DNA of 64,000 nucleotides from an uncultured Thermoleophilia bacterium (GCA_963756745.1 CAVWOU010000001.1:151531-215530); one strand, 5' to 3'; shown: positions 1 through 9,633, counted from the first letter of the stretch. A program made the numbers and translations. The notes: generated from the sequence alone by a model not told the origin.

Positions 1-395
1 ATCGGGCCCATGCCGATCCACCGCTGCGCGCCGTTCGCCTCGATTCCCACGCCCGGGACCATCACTGCGACAAGGAGCACGAACGAGCCCGCGAGCACCA
101 TCGGGGTCAGGGTCCGGGCGGGGCGCAGGCCGCGCACCGACAGCACTCGCATCGCGAGCAGCCCGAGGGCTCCGAACAGCAGCGTGCGCTTGAGGTACTC
201 CGCCCCGTCGCCGCCCTCCCCGAGGATCGAGGTCGTCGAGCTGGCGCTGAACACCATGACCGCCCCGAACGCGAGCAAGCAGAGCGTCGCGGTTAGCAGC
301 AGCGAGTATTCGACCGGCGGGCTCGCGGCGCGGGTGCGCTTTCGCGCGCCGGTCTCCGGAGCCCTGACCCGGTGCGCCGCGGACACCGTGCTCAC
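1..395 (-). CDS. ftsW: FtsW/RodA-family (SEDS) cell-division protein, N-terminal part only; gene runs off the left edge of the window
   Basis: Not in ORF track (truncated). My translation of the minus strand from GTG at 395 gives VSTVSAAHRV...EYSLLLTATLCLLAFGAVMVFSASS...PGVGIEANGAQRWIGMGP, with SEDS-like TM helices. GTGA start/stop overlap with murD. Expected dcw position. Confidence 0.8.
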   Translation of the reverse strand, partial: MSTVSAAHRVRAPETGARKRTRAASPPVEYSLLLTATLCLLAFGAVMVFSASSTTSILGEGGDGAEYLKRTLLFGALGLLAMRVLSVRGLRPARTLTPMVLAGSFVLLVAVMVPGVGIEANGAQRWIGMGP

Positions 396-1804
396 CGCAG
401 TCCCTCCACAAGTGCCCTGAAGTGATCGCCCCGCGCCTCGAAGTCGCGATAGGCGTCGAAGCTCGCGCACGCCGGTGCGAGCACGACGACTTCGCCGGGG
501 CCCGCGGCCGCCGCGGCCGCGCGGACGGCGTCTTCGAGCCCGGCGCTGCGATGGAGAGCGACCCCCGCCTCGCGCGCCGGCGCGAGGTCGCGCTCGAGAC
601 GCTCGGCGGCATCGCCGATCAAATAGCACGCGACGCAGCGCTCCGCCACGGGCTCGGCGAGGTCCTCGAAGGCCTCACCCTTCAGCGACCCGCCGAAGAT
701 CGCGTGCACCCCGCCCTCGAACGAGCGCAGCGCGGCCGTCGCGGCCGCGACGTTGGTCGCCTTGGAGTCGTTGACGTAGCTGACGCCGTCGATCTCCCCG
801 ACCACCTCGAGACGGTGCGGGACGCCGGGGAAGCTCTCGAGCCCCTCGCGCGCCGCGTCGGCGGGGACGCCGGTCGCGAGCGACGCCGCCGTCGCCGCCA
901 TCGCGTTCTCGACGTTGTGCGGCCCGAGCAGCAAAATCGAGTCGGCTTCGATCACCGGCTCGTCGCCCGAGAATATGACCCCGCTTCGCAGCGACACCGC
1001 GCAGTCGGGATCAAGCCGTCCGTCTCCTCCGCTTTGCGTCCGGCGGCGGCCGGGTTCCGCGCGGGACGCGCAGAACGCGACTCGTCGCGCGCACCCTCCG
1101 AGGTCGCGACTGCGGAGCGCCGGCTCGTCGGCGTTGTAGACGGCGACGTCGTCGTTTCCCTGGTGGGCGAAGATCCGCAGCTTCGCGTCGAGGTACTCGT
1201 CGAGCGTCGGATGGCGGTCGCGGTGGTCCGGGGCTAGGTTCAAGAACACGGCGCACTCGGGCGCGAACGCGTCCGCGTCCTCGAGCTGGAAGCTCGAGCA
1301 CTCGCACACGACGGTGGCGTCGCGATCAACCGCGCCCGCGAGCGACGCGAGCGGGGTGCCCACGTTTCCGGCCACCGCAGTGGGAAGCGCCGCCTGGCGG
1401 CGGATGTGGCCGATCAGCTCGGTGACCGTCGTCTTTCCGTTCGTCCCCGTGACTGCGATGAAGGTGTTGGGGATCATTCGCCAGGCGACCTCCAGCTCGC
1501 CGATCACGGCCCTGCCTCGGGTGCGCGCCGCCTCGACCACGGGCGCGTGGTTCGGGACCCCTGGGCTCTTGAGCACGCAGCGGGCACGCTCGACCAGATC
1601 GACTCCGTCGACATCCAGATTGACTTCGACGCCCGTGCCCGTCAGCCCTTCCGCCTGCTCGGGGTGGCCCGCGTCGCACCCGATCACCTCCTCCCCGCGC
1701 TCGGCAAGCGCGCGCGCGACGGCGCTCCCGGAGCGGGCGAGGCCGACGACCAGGAACGGCCCCTCGGGCAGGGGCGGGCGCGGCTTCGGCGGCGGCGTGC
1801 TCAC
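392..1804 (-). CDS. murD: UDP-N-acetylmuramoylalanine--D-glutamate ligase
   Basis: ORF 392..1882. Rossmann motif FLVVGLARSGSAVARAL, Mur ligase P-loop IAVTGTNGKTT, NLAPDHRDRH. Start trimmed to in-frame GTG 1804 behind AGGTGA, because the upstream 26 codons lie in the repeat element. Confidence 0.9.
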   Translation of the reverse strand: MSTPPPKPRPPLPEGPFLVVGLARSGSAVARALAERGEEVIGCDAGHPEQAEGLTGTGVEVNLDVDGVDLVERARCVLKSPGVPNHAPVVEAARTRGRAVIGELEVAWRMIPNTFIAVTGTNGKTTVTELIGHIRRQAALPTAVAGNVGTPLASLAGAVDRDATVVCECSSFQLEDADAFAPECAVFLNLAPDHRDRHPTLDEYLDAKLRIFAHQGNDDVAVYNADEPALRSRDLGGCARRVAFCASRAEPGRRRTQSGGDGRLDPDCAVSLRSGVIFSGDEPVIEADSILLLGPHNVENAMAATAASLATGVPADAAREGLESFPGVPHRLEVVGEIDGVSYVNDSKATNVAAATAALRSFEGGVHAIFGGSLKGEAFEDLAEPVAERCVACYLIGDAAERLERDLAPAREAGVALHRSAGLEDAVRAAAAAAGPGEVVVLAPACASFDAYRDFEARGDHFRALVEGLR

Positions 1805-1816
1805 ATCATCACCTGG

Positions 1817-1882
1817 GTTCGCGCTCGGCCCAACATCTCTTTCCCCGCCCGGGCGGGATCCTGGAATCCGCCTCGCGCTCAC
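1817..1882 (-). repeat. Copy 1 of a ~66-nt intercistronic element (mraY-murD spacer)
   Basis: gttcgcgctcggcccaacatctctttccccgcccgggcgggatcctggaatccgcctcgcgctcac. About 61/66 identical to 10789..10854 by hand alignment. Contains the palindrome CCCGCCCGGGCGGG. Confidence 0.85.
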
Positions 1883-1927
1883 GGGGCTAGTTTCGCGCCC
1901 GCGGGGCCCATGCCGATAGACACGTCG

Positions 1928-2950
1928 CTAGTTCCCGACCGAGTTCTGGTACAGCGTGTACCCGATTCCCGAGCACACCGCGGCGACGATCCAGAACCGC
2001 AGCATGATCTTGGTCTCCGACCACGCCAGCAGCTCGAAGTGGTGGTGGATCGGCGCCATCAGCAGCACGCGGCGCCGAAACAGCTTGAAGAACAGCACCT
2101 GAAGCGCGACCGAAAGCGCCTCGATCACGAAGATCCCACCGAGGATGATCAGCAGGAGCTCGGTCTGCGTCATCACCGCGAGCGCTCCGATAGCGCCCCC
2201 GAGGCCTAGCGATCCCGTGTCGCCCATGAACACCGACGCCGGGAAGGCGTTGAACCACAGGAACCCCACCGACGCGCCGACGAGCGTCGCCGAGAGCACC
2301 GCAAGGCCCTCCTGTCCGTTGGTGATCGTGATCGCGGTGTAGGCGAGCAGGACGATCGCGCACGAGCCCGCAGCGAGGCCGTCGAGGCCGTCGCTGAGGT
2401 TGACGCCGTTGCTCGCCCCGGCGATCACGAGAAAGATCAGCAGCATGTAGAGCACGGGGCCGATGTGGATCTGGGCGTCTACGATCCTCACGTCAATCCT
2501 CGGGTCGAGGCCCACCTCCTGGGTCGCGACCCACCACAGGCAGAGCGCGAGCGCGATCTGGATCAACAGCTTCCATCTCGCCGGCAACCCCAGCGAGCGC
2601 CGCTGCGAGATCTTGATCCAGTCGTCCGCAAAACCGACGGCGGCGCTCGCGATCGCGATGCCGAACACGGCGAGGCTCTCCGTGTCGCGGTCCGAGAGCA
2701 CGAGGTAGGGCACCGAGATCGACACGAAGATGATCAGCCCGCCCATCGTCGGCGTCCCCGCCTTCGAGTGATGCTCCTGCGGCCCCTCCTCGCGGATCTG
2801 CTGGCCGAACTCGCGCACGCGGATCCACTCGATGAACTTGGGGCCGAGGAAGATGCAGATGAGCATCGCCGCCATGCCCGCGATCAGGACCTCGCCGCGG
2901 TCGATCGCGGCCGCGGCGAGCTGCGCGGCGGGAAGCTCGGGCGCGCTCAT
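1928..2950 (-). CDS. mraY: Phospho-N-acetylmuramoyl-pentapeptide transferase
   Basis: Motifs GTPTMGG, NLSDGLDGLA, VFMGDTGSLGLGG, APIHHHFE. Start MSAPEL at 2950 forms an ATGA overlap with the murF stop. Confidence 0.95.
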   Translation of the reverse strand: MSAPELPAAQLAAAAIDRGEVLIAGMAAMLICIFLGPKFIEWIRVREFGQQIREEGPQEHHSKAGTPTMGGLIIFVSISVPYLVLSDRDTESLAVFGIAIASAAVGFADDWIKISQRRSLGLPARWKLLIQIALALCLWWVATQEVGLDPRIDVRIVDAQIHIGPVLYMLLIFLVIAGASNGVNLSDGLDGLAAGSCAIVLLAYTAITITNGQEGLAVLSATLVGASVGFLWFNAFPASVFMGDTGSLGLGGAIGALAVMTQTELLLIILGGIFVIEALSVALQVLFFKLFRRRVLLMAPIHHHFELLAWSETKIMLRFWIVAAVCSGIGYTLYQNSVGN

Positions 2951-4332
2951 CAATCCTGTTTCGAGCGCCGGGGCGCGCGCATCGCAGCGAGCTCGTCGCT
3001 GACCAGCTCGAGCCCGACCGAGCGCGAGCCCTTGACCAGCACTGTGTCGCCCGGTTCGATCAGGGCGTGGGCCGCGGGCACCGCGGCGCGCGCGTCCGGC
3101 ACCCACTCGTCGGGCGCGTAGTGCTGCGCCAGCTCGCCCACGCCGACGATCGGCCCGATCCCTAGATCGCGCGCGTGCGCCCCGGCCTCCCGGTGGTACG
3201 CGGGCGCATCGGCGCCGAGCTCGGCCATCTCGCCGAGCACCGCGAGCCGCCGTCCCTCGACCCGCAGCGTGGCCAGATGGTCGAGCGCAGCCCGCATCGA
3301 GATCGGATTCGCGTTGTAGCAGTCGTTCACGATCACCACGCCGTCGCGCAGCTCGAGCAGCTCGCCCCGAAGGCGCGAGAAGCCTATCTCCGGCGCCCGC
3401 TCAGACATCGCGGCAAGCGGAGCATCGAGTGCTATCCCGATCCCGATCGCCGCGAGCGCGTTGGTCAGGTTGTACGCCTCACCGAACGGGAACCGGAACT
3501 CGTGCTCCCCGTGCGGGGTGCCGATCTGGGCCATGGTCGTCGCGCCGTCGGAGCGGGAATGCTGAACGAACACGTCCCCCCCGGGCCCGAACGTGATCGT
3601 CACCAGCTGCTCGTGCAGGTGCGGCTCCAGCGCCTCGGTGTCGGCTGGGACGACCGCTCTGCCACGTCCGCGCAGACCGTCGAGCATCTCCGCCTTCGCC
3701 TCGGTGATCGCCTCGAGCGTCCCGAGGAGCTCGAGGTGGACCGGCCCGATATTCGTGATCGCGCCGACGTCGGGCTCGGCGATCTCGCACAGCTCCGCGA
3801 TCTGGCCGAGTCCCCGCATCGCCATCTCCAGGACGATCACCTCGGTCTCTTCCGGCGCCGAGAGCAGCGCGAGAGGGAGCCCGATCTCGGTGTTGTAGTT
3901 CTCTGGGCTCGCGTGGACCCGAAACGGGAGCAGCGTCCGGCAGATGTCCTTCACCGACGTCTTCCCGGTCGAGCCGGTGATCCCCACGACCGGACAGCCG
4001 ACACGCCGGCGCCACTCCGTCGCCAGGCGCTGAAGGGCGCGCAGCGGCTCCGGCGCGGAGAGGATCCAGCCGTCGCCCGGCGTGTCGCGCAGCGATCGCG
4101 CCCGGTCGGGAGTCACGACCACGCCCCAGGCGCCCGACTCGAGCGCTCGCGCCGCGAACTGGCCTCCGTCGGCGTGCTCGCCCCGCAGCGCGAAGAACAG
4201 GTCGCCGTCCGCGAGGAGTCGCGAGTCGGTCACGGCGCGCTCGGGATGACCACCGCCGCCCCTTCGCGCGACGTCGGCCCCCGCCGCCTTCGCGAGCCCC
4301 TCAGGTTCGAGCCGGATCACGGCGACGTCCAC
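2950..4332 (-). CDS. murF: UDP-N-acetylmuramoyl-tripeptide--D-alanyl-D-alanine ligase
   Basis: 460-aa ORF. P-loop VVGITGSTGKTS, DCYNANPISMRAAL. Position between murE and mraY. Confidence 0.9.
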   Translation of the reverse strand: MDVAVIRLEPEGLAKAAGADVARRGGGGHPERAVTDSRLLADGDLFFALRGEHADGGQFAARALESGAWGVVVTPDRARSLRDTPGDGWILSAPEPLRALQRLATEWRRRVGCPVVGITGSTGKTSVKDICRTLLPFRVHASPENYNTEIGLPLALLSAPEETEVIVLEMAMRGLGQIAELCEIAEPDVGAITNIGPVHLELLGTLEAITEAKAEMLDGLRGRGRAVVPADTEALEPHLHEQLVTITFGPGGDVFVQHSRSDGATTMAQIGTPHGEHEFRFPFGEAYNLTNALAAIGIGIALDAPLAAMSERAPEIGFSRLRGELLELRDGVVIVNDCYNANPISMRAALDHLATLRVEGRRLAVLGEMAELGADAPAYHREAGAHARDLGIGPIVGVGELAQHYAPDEWVPDARAAVPAAHALIEPGDTVLVKGSRSVGLELVSDELAAMRAPRRSKQD

Positions 4333-4333
4333 C

Positions 4334-5821
4334 TCACGCTGTCGCCATCAAGCGGCGCAGCTCCTCGGTCGCGACCTCCCTGTCGTCGAACGGGACCTTC
4401 CTGCCGTTCTCGAACTCCTGGCCCTGCTCGTGGCCCTTGCCCGCGATCACGACCGTGTCGCCGGCGCTCGCCTCGCCTAGCGCGAGCGCGATCGCGGCGC
4501 GACGGTTCGGCTCGACCTCGACGGCGTCCCGTCCCGGTACGCCGGCGAGTACGTCGGCGATGATCGCCTCGGGGTCCTCGGACCGCGGGTTGTCCGAGGT
4601 GACGACGCAGAGGTCCGAGAGCTCGGACCCGATCGCGCCCATCAGCGGGCGCTTCTCGCGGTCGCGGTCCCCCCCGCACCCGAACACGCAGATCACGCGC
4701 CCCTCCGTGACCCTGCGCGCCGCGCGCAGGACGTTCTCGAGCGAGTCCGGGGTGTGCGCGTAGTCGACGAGCACCGCGAACGGCTGCCCCTCGTCGACTG
4801 GTTCGAAGCGGCCCGGGACGCGCTCGGCCCCTCGCAGCGCCGCCGCGCCGGCCTCGATTCCGACCCCCAGCGCGCCCGCGGACGCCAGGGCGGCGAGGGC
4901 GTTCTCGACGTTGAAGTGCCCGGGGAGCGGCATCTCGACGCGAACCTCCCCATCCGGGGCGAGGCAGCGAAAGCGCGTGGAGCCGGCGTCGAACTCGACG
5001 TCTTCCGCGCGGAAGTCGGCCGCATCCCCAGAGGCAGAGAAGGTCACCGGGGCGGATCCGTGATCGCGAAGCTCGTCGATCAAGCGTCGCCCGTACTCGT
5101 CATCGGCGTTGATGACCGCAGTCCCCCGCGAGGACGCGTCACCGTCCTCGCGGACTTCGAAGAGCATCCGCTTCGCGGCGAAGTAGTCCTCCATGTCGGA
5201 GTGAAAGTCGAGGTGGTCCTGCGTGAGGTTGGTGAACGCCCTGACGTCATAGGAGATCCCCTCGCTGCGGCCGAGCGCGAGCGCGTGCGAGGAAACCTCC
5301 ATCACGCACGCTTCGTCGCCGCCGTCGAGCATGCGCCGGAACGTCGCCTGGAGGTCGATCGCCTCCGGAGTGGTTCGGACGACCTCCTCCTCGCGCCCGC
5401 CGACCACCCGCTTCACGGTCCCGAGCAGCCCCGTCTGGTGACCCTCGGCCTCGAGGATGCGTCGGAGCAGGAACGCCGTCGTCGTCTTGCCGTTCGTCCC
5501 CGTGATCCCGACGACCTTCAACTCGGCGGTGGGATCTCCCCAGAACCGCACAGCGAGCGGTCCCATCGCCGCCCGGGCGTCGGGGACCTTCACTTGCGGG
5601 ACGGCGAGGTCGAGCTCGCGCTCGACGACGAGCGCCGCGGCGCCGCGCTCGACGGCACCGGGCGCGAACTCGTGCCCGTCAGCCGTCATTCCGCGCACGC
5701 AGAAGAACAGCGTGCCGGGGCCGACGCGCTGGCTGTCGTACGCGAGATCGGCGATCGCGACGTCCGGATCGCCCCTGACGATCTCAGCCTCGACGCCGAC
5801 GATGAGCTCGGCGAGCCTCAT
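4334..5821 (-). CDS. murE: UDP-N-acetylmuramoyl-L-alanyl-D-glutamate--2,6-diaminopimelate ligase
   Basis: 495-aa ORF. VVGITGTNGKTTT, DYAHTPDSLENVL, GCGGDRDREKRP. Confidence 0.95.
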   Translation of the reverse strand: MRLAELIVGVEAEIVRGDPDVAIADLAYDSQRVGPGTLFFCVRGMTADGHEFAPGAVERGAAALVVERELDLAVPQVKVPDARAAMGPLAVRFWGDPTAELKVVGITGTNGKTTTAFLLRRILEAEGHQTGLLGTVKRVVGGREEEVVRTTPEAIDLQATFRRMLDGGDEACVMEVSSHALALGRSEGISYDVRAFTNLTQDHLDFHSDMEDYFAAKRMLFEVREDGDASSRGTAVINADDEYGRRLIDELRDHGSAPVTFSASGDAADFRAEDVEFDAGSTRFRCLAPDGEVRVEMPLPGHFNVENALAALASAGALGVGIEAGAAALRGAERVPGRFEPVDEGQPFAVLVDYAHTPDSLENVLRAARRVTEGRVICVFGCGGDRDREKRPLMGAIGSELSDLCVVTSDNPRSEDPEAIIADVLAGVPGRDAVEVEPNRRAAIALALGEASAGDTVVIAGKGHEQGQEFENGRKVPFDDREVATEELRRLMATA

Positions 5822-5839
5822 GGACGCGATTCTAGGTCG

Positions 5840-7495
5840 CTACTGCGGAGGGATACCGAGGTGCGACAGCGCGAACTCGGCGATCTCGCCGAACGCCGGC
5901 GCCGCGACGTCGGCCCCGTAGTAGCTCCCCTGCGGCTCGTCGACTACGACGGTCACGAGGATTTGCGGATCGCTCGCGGGCACGAAGCCCGCGAACGACG
6001 CGACGAAGTCGGACTTCGAGTAGCCGCCGTTCTTCGCCTTCTGCGCGGTGCCCGTCTTCCCGGCGAGCGTGTAGCCGGGGACCTCGACCTCGGCCGCGGT
6101 CCCGCCGGGCGCCAGCACGCCCTCGAGCATCTCCCGCAGTCGCGCCGATGTCCGAGAGCTGATCACCCGTTGCCCGGTTGGCCGGTCGACGGGGTCGTCT
6201 CCCTCCCGGACGACGAGCCTCGGCGCCCGCAGAATCCCGCCGTTTGCGATCGCCGCGTAGCCGGCGGCCATCTGGATCGGCGTCACCGCGAGTCCCTGCC
6301 CTATCGACATGGTGCCGAGCGTGGAGCCCGAGTAGTCGTCGAGCGCGGGAACAATCCCCTGCTCCTCGGCGGGGAACGCGATCCCGGTCGGCTCGCCGAA
6401 CCCGAAGCGCCGCACCCAGCTGTCGAACGTCCCCGCCCCCACCGACTCCCCGACCTTGACGGCGCCGACGTTCGAAGACTGGGCCAGGATCTCGGCGACC
6501 GTGAGGCGGACGGTCGCCCGCGGGTGCGACTCCTCGATCACCCGGTCGGCGACGTCGATCGAGGGCGGGAGGGTGAAGTCGGTGTCCGGGTTCACCGTGT
6601 CCTCCTCGAGCGCGGCCGCGACGGTGAACGCCTTGAAGGTCGACCCCGGCTCGTATGTGAACCCGGTGGCGTGGTTGGCGAGCGCCTCCTCGGACACTGA
6701 CTCGAGGTCGGTGGGGTCGGCGGGCGGCCAGTTCGCCAGCGCGAGCACCTCGGCCGACCGCGGGTTCATCACCACGATCGTCGCGCCCTTCGGGTCGTAG
6801 GTCCGCCCGACCCCGGCGAGCACGTCCTCGGTTTGCGCCTGGATCTCGGCGTCGAGCGTCAGCTTGATGTCACCACCGGTCGCCTGGTTGTGGAGCGTCT
6901 CGCGCTCGATCGTGTCCCCGAGCGCGTCCCGGGTGATCTGCGTCTCGCCGTCGGTCCCTCCGATGAGGTCCTCGTAGTGGCTCTCGAGCCCGGTGAGTCC
7001 CTGGTTCTCGGTCCCGACCGTCCCGATAACCTGGGCCGCGAGCTCGCCCTGCGGGTAGGTGCGGCGGCTGTCGGGGAGCAGCCCGATGCCGTCGATCTCG
7101 AGCTTGCGCACCCGCTCCGCCGCCACGACGTCGAGCTCGCGGCGCAGGTACTCGAACCCCGACTCGCGGTTCGACAGGGCGTCGAAGATCTGGTCCTCGG
7201 GGACGTCGAGGAGCGGAGCCAGGCGCCGGGCGGCGTCGGAGGGATCGTCGACCTGGTAAGGGGTCGCGAACACCGTCGCGGCCTCCTCGGACGCCGCAAG
7301 CGGATCGCCTTCGCGATCGAGGATTCGGCCGCGGAAGCCGGGCACGGTGACGGTCTCGGTCTGTTGGCTGCGCGCGTTCGCCCTCAGCTCGGCCCCGCGC
7401 ACGCCCTGAAGCCACACCGCCCGCACCAGCACGATCGCGAACAGGAGCAGGAACGCGGCGAACAGGAGGCCGATGCGCCGCTCGACTAGTCGCAC
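5840..7495 (-). CDS. ftsI: Class B penicillin-binding protein / division transpeptidase
   Basis: TM anchor IGLLFAAFLLLFAIVLV. Transpeptidase motifs GSTFK, SSN, KTGTA. Start set to GTG 7495 behind GGGAGAAGG. The 227 upstream codons of ORF 5840..8176 are Arg/Pro-rich and overlap ftsL. Confidence 0.9.
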   Translation of the reverse strand: MRLVERRIGLLFAAFLLLFAIVLVRAVWLQGVRGAELRANARSQQTETVTVPGFRGRILDREGDPLAASEEAATVFATPYQVDDPSDAARRLAPLLDVPEDQIFDALSNRESGFEYLRRELDVVAAERVRKLEIDGIGLLPDSRRTYPQGELAAQVIGTVGTENQGLTGLESHYEDLIGGTDGETQITRDALGDTIERETLHNQATGGDIKLTLDAEIQAQTEDVLAGVGRTYDPKGATIVVMNPRSAEVLALANWPPADPTDLESVSEEALANHATGFTYEPGSTFKAFTVAAALEEDTVNPDTDFTLPPSIDVADRVIEESHPRATVRLTVAEILAQSSNVGAVKVGESVGAGTFDSWVRRFGFGEPTGIAFPAEEQGIVPALDDYSGSTLGTMSIGQGLAVTPIQMAAGYAAIANGGILRAPRLVVREGDDPVDRPTGQRVISSRTSARLREMLEGVLAPGGTAAEVEVPGYTLAGKTGTAQKAKNGGYSKSDFVASFAGFVPASDPQILVTVVVDEPQGSYYGADVAAPAFGEIAEFALSHLGIPPQ

Positions 7496-7512
7496 GGGCC
7501 TTCTCCCGATCC

Positions 7513-8088
7513 CTACGGCGCCACCACGGGTGGCGCCTCCGTCGTCGGCGCGGCAGCGAGATCCGGCGACGCGGCCAGCTCCCCCGCCTGGAGGCGGCGG
7601 GCGGCTACCTCGGGATCCCCCTTGTCCGGGCTCAGGAACACGGTCTCGCCAGGATCCGGCATCTCGAGGCCGAGGCTGGCGGCGATCGACTCGACCCGCT
7701 TGCTCGCGAGCTTGTTCGCGAGCTGGGCTCGCAGCACCGAGTTGTCGCGCTCGAGCGCCGCGCTGCGCTCCGCGACCTCGCCGGCCTTGGTGCTGTAGCT
7801 GAGGCTGAGGACGTTGAGCGCGACGATTCCGGCCAGCAGCGTGGCCAGCACGGCGATCCACGCCCGCCCGCGGGTCATCCTCACCATCAGCCCGGAGTCG
7901 GCCAGATCGCCGACCGCGCCCGCGGTTCTCCCGACCGCCACCGGGATCAGCTGGGCTGCCCCGGCGGCGGGAGTAGTGCCGCGCGCCTGAGCCCGCGGCC
8001 GCGGACGTGGCCGCGGTCTCGCGCGCGCGGCGGAGCGGGGAGCGCGCCGGGGCGCCCTCCTCGCCGTTGCGGGAGCCGCCGCCGGCAT
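7513..8088 (-). CDS. ftsL: FtsL-like bitopic division protein
   Basis: Single TM (AWIAVLATLLAGIVALNVL) followed by a coiled-coil-like segment (AERSAALERDNSVLRAQLANK). Lies between rsmH and ftsI. ATG 8088 forms an ATGA overlap with the rsmH stop; alternative start at ATG 7887. Confidence 0.55.
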   Translation of the reverse strand: MPAAAPATARRAPRRAPRSAARARPRPRPRPRAQARGTTPAAGAAQLIPVAVGRTAGAVGDLADSGLMVRMTRGRAWIAVLATLLAGIVALNVLSLSYSTKAGEVAERSAALERDNSVLRAQLANKLASKRVESIAASLGLEMPDPGETVFLSPDKGDPEVAARRLQAGELAASPDLAAAPTTEAPPVVAP

Positions 8089-9041
8089 CAGGCCTCGTCC
8101 CCGGCATCCGCGATCTTGACCGCGGCGCGCAGGTGCGCCGAGGCGGCACGCGGGTTGCGTTCGACCTCATCGGCACTCGGCGCGACCGCCCGCCGGGTGA
8201 GGAGCCGGGCGTCGGGGGTGCGGCCGCACACGCACACCGGGACCTCGGGAGGGCACACGCAGCCCTTCGCGCGATCGGCGAGAAAGCGCTTCACGCGGCG
8301 GTCCTCGAGCGAATGGAAGGAGATCGCCGCGAGGCGGCCGCCGTCGGGCAGCAGGTCCCACGCGGCGGGCAGCGCGCGATCGAGCGACTCGAGCTCCGAG
8401 TTGACCTCGATCCGGATCGCCTGAAAGGTTCGCTTCGCCGGGTGGCCGCGACCGAAGCGCGCGGCCGGGGGCAGCGCCTCCCTGATCGCCTCCACGAGCT
8501 CCGACGTCGTCTCGAGCGGGCGGCTCTCGACGATCCCATGTGCGATCCGCCTCGCGTGGCGCTCCTCCCCGTGAACGCGGATGATCTCGGCGATCCGGCG
8601 CTCGGGCCACTCGTTGACGATCTCGAGCGCAGACAGGTCCTGGTCGGGGTCCATACGCATGTCGAGCGGCGCGTCGTATGTGTAGGAGAACCCGCGCTCC
8701 CACGCATCGAGCTGGAGCGAGGAGATCCCGAGGTCCATGTAGATGAAGTCGGGACGCGGGCCCTCCGTGGCGAGCGTCTCGAGCGCTGAACCGAAGTCGT
8801 CGCGCACGAACTCGGTCTCGCACGGCGCTTGAGACGCGAACGAGTCGTAGCGCTCGGCGGCCGCCGGGTCGCGGTCGATGCAGATCAGCGTCCCGGTCGC
8901 GCCGAGGCGTTCGGCCACGAGCTCGGCATGCCCCCCGCCGCCGAAGGTGCAGTCGACGCCGAGCTCGCCGGGGGCAGCGTCGAGCACCGCGACCAGCTCG
9001 CTCGCGAGGACAGGTACGTGCTCGGTTGGCATATAGGACAT
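8088..9041 (-). CDS. rsmH: 16S rRNA (cytosine1402-N4)-methyltransferase
   Basis: HVPVL, DCTFGGGGH, IDRDP, DLGISSLQLD, SFHSLEDRRVK. Start MSYMPTEH at 9041. An in-frame ATG at 9155 (ATGA overlap with the mraZ stop) would add 38 basic residues. Confidence 0.9.
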   Translation of the reverse strand: MSYMPTEHVPVLASELVAVLDAAPGELGVDCTFGGGGHAELVAERLGATGTLICIDRDPAAAERYDSFASQAPCETEFVRDDFGSALETLATEGPRPDFIYMDLGISSLQLDAWERGFSYTYDAPLDMRMDPDQDLSALEIVNEWPERRIAEIIRVHGEERHARRIAHGIVESRPLETTSELVEAIREALPPAARFGRGHPAKRTFQAIRIEVNSELESLDRALPAAWDLLPDGGRLAAISFHSLEDRRVKRFLADRAKGCVCPPEVPVCVCGRTPDARLLTRRAVAPSADEVERNPRAASAHLRAAVKIADAGDEA

Positions 9042-9151
9042 TTTCAATGCCGCTCGAATCCTCCGCTCCCGCTCGCTCGCACCCACATCACCGGCAGCCT
9101 TGCTCGCTCGCTCCCGCGTCCGGTTCGAGCGGGTTTGCGCTGGGCTCATGG

Positions 9152-9586
9152 TCATCCCTCTCCGCCGAGGCCCTCGGCGATCTCGTGGGCGTGGGCGTCG
9201 ACCTCGCTGTCCTCCGCGCCCCACGTTTCGGGACTCCAGATCTCGAGGTGCTCCCCGACACCGACGATCACGCACGGCCCGTCGAGGCCCGCGTGCTCGA
9301 TCAGATGCCCGGGAATCCGGATGCGGCCCGCCGAGTCGAGCCTCTCGTCGACCGAGTGTGCGTAGATGCGCCTGCGCATGCGGCGCTGGTCGCGGCTGAA
9401 GGTGCTGAACTCTGCCATGTCGCGCTGCTCGAAGCGCGTGAACTCCTGCAAGGGAAAAACCTCGACGCAGGGGTCGAGGCCCTTCACGAGAATCACCCCG
9501 TCTGCGAGCGCCGAACGGAAGCGCGCCGGGATCGTCAGCCGGTCCTTCGAATCGAGACTGTGCTCGTGCTGCCCGTGAAATGCCAA
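9152..9586 (-). CDS. mraZ: Transcriptional regulator MraZ
   Basis: 144 aa with two SpoVT/AbrB-like repeats (DSKDRLTIPARFR and DSAGRIRIPGHL). First gene of the dcw cluster. Confidence 0.95.
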   Translation of the reverse strand: MAFHGQHEHSLDSKDRLTIPARFRSALADGVILVKGLDPCVEVFPLQEFTRFEQRDMAEFSTFSRDQRRMRRRIYAHSVDERLDSAGRIRIPGHLIEHAGLDGPCVIVGVGEHLEIWSPETWGAEDSEVDAHAHEIAEGLGGEG

Positions 9587-9633
9587 CCTGGGGTCTCCGT
9601 GGGTGAAGGGAAATCGGACCGGAAGGTGAGAGT

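Noticed and set aside
4754-6700. 648-aa plus-strand ORF; similar long antisense ORFs at 11264..13228, 36609..38159, 57788..59749, 59589..61526 and 30385..32397
   Set aside because: Each lies opposite a gene with strong family motifs (murE/ftsI, cpaF, acxB, GMC, ALDH, ECF operon) and has Arg/Pro/Gly-dominated composition with no recognisable motif.
7496-8176. N-terminal 227 codons of ORF 5840..8176; similar 5' extensions in ORFs 25980..28406, 11726..13759, 24348..25835, 21218..22312, 17599..18762 and the part of 59184..61655 upstream of 61214
   Set aside because: The extensions are Arg/Pro-rich and overlap well-supported neighbouring genes. Conserved N-termini with an RBS or 4-nt coupling occur further downstream, so I trimmed the starts.
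9042-9155. 38-codon N-terminal extension of rsmH starting at an ATG that overlaps the mraZ stop
   Set aside because: This is plausible because of the ATGA coupling, but the extension is basic low complexity and the conserved RsmH N-terminus starts at about 9041. It is kept as an alternative start only.
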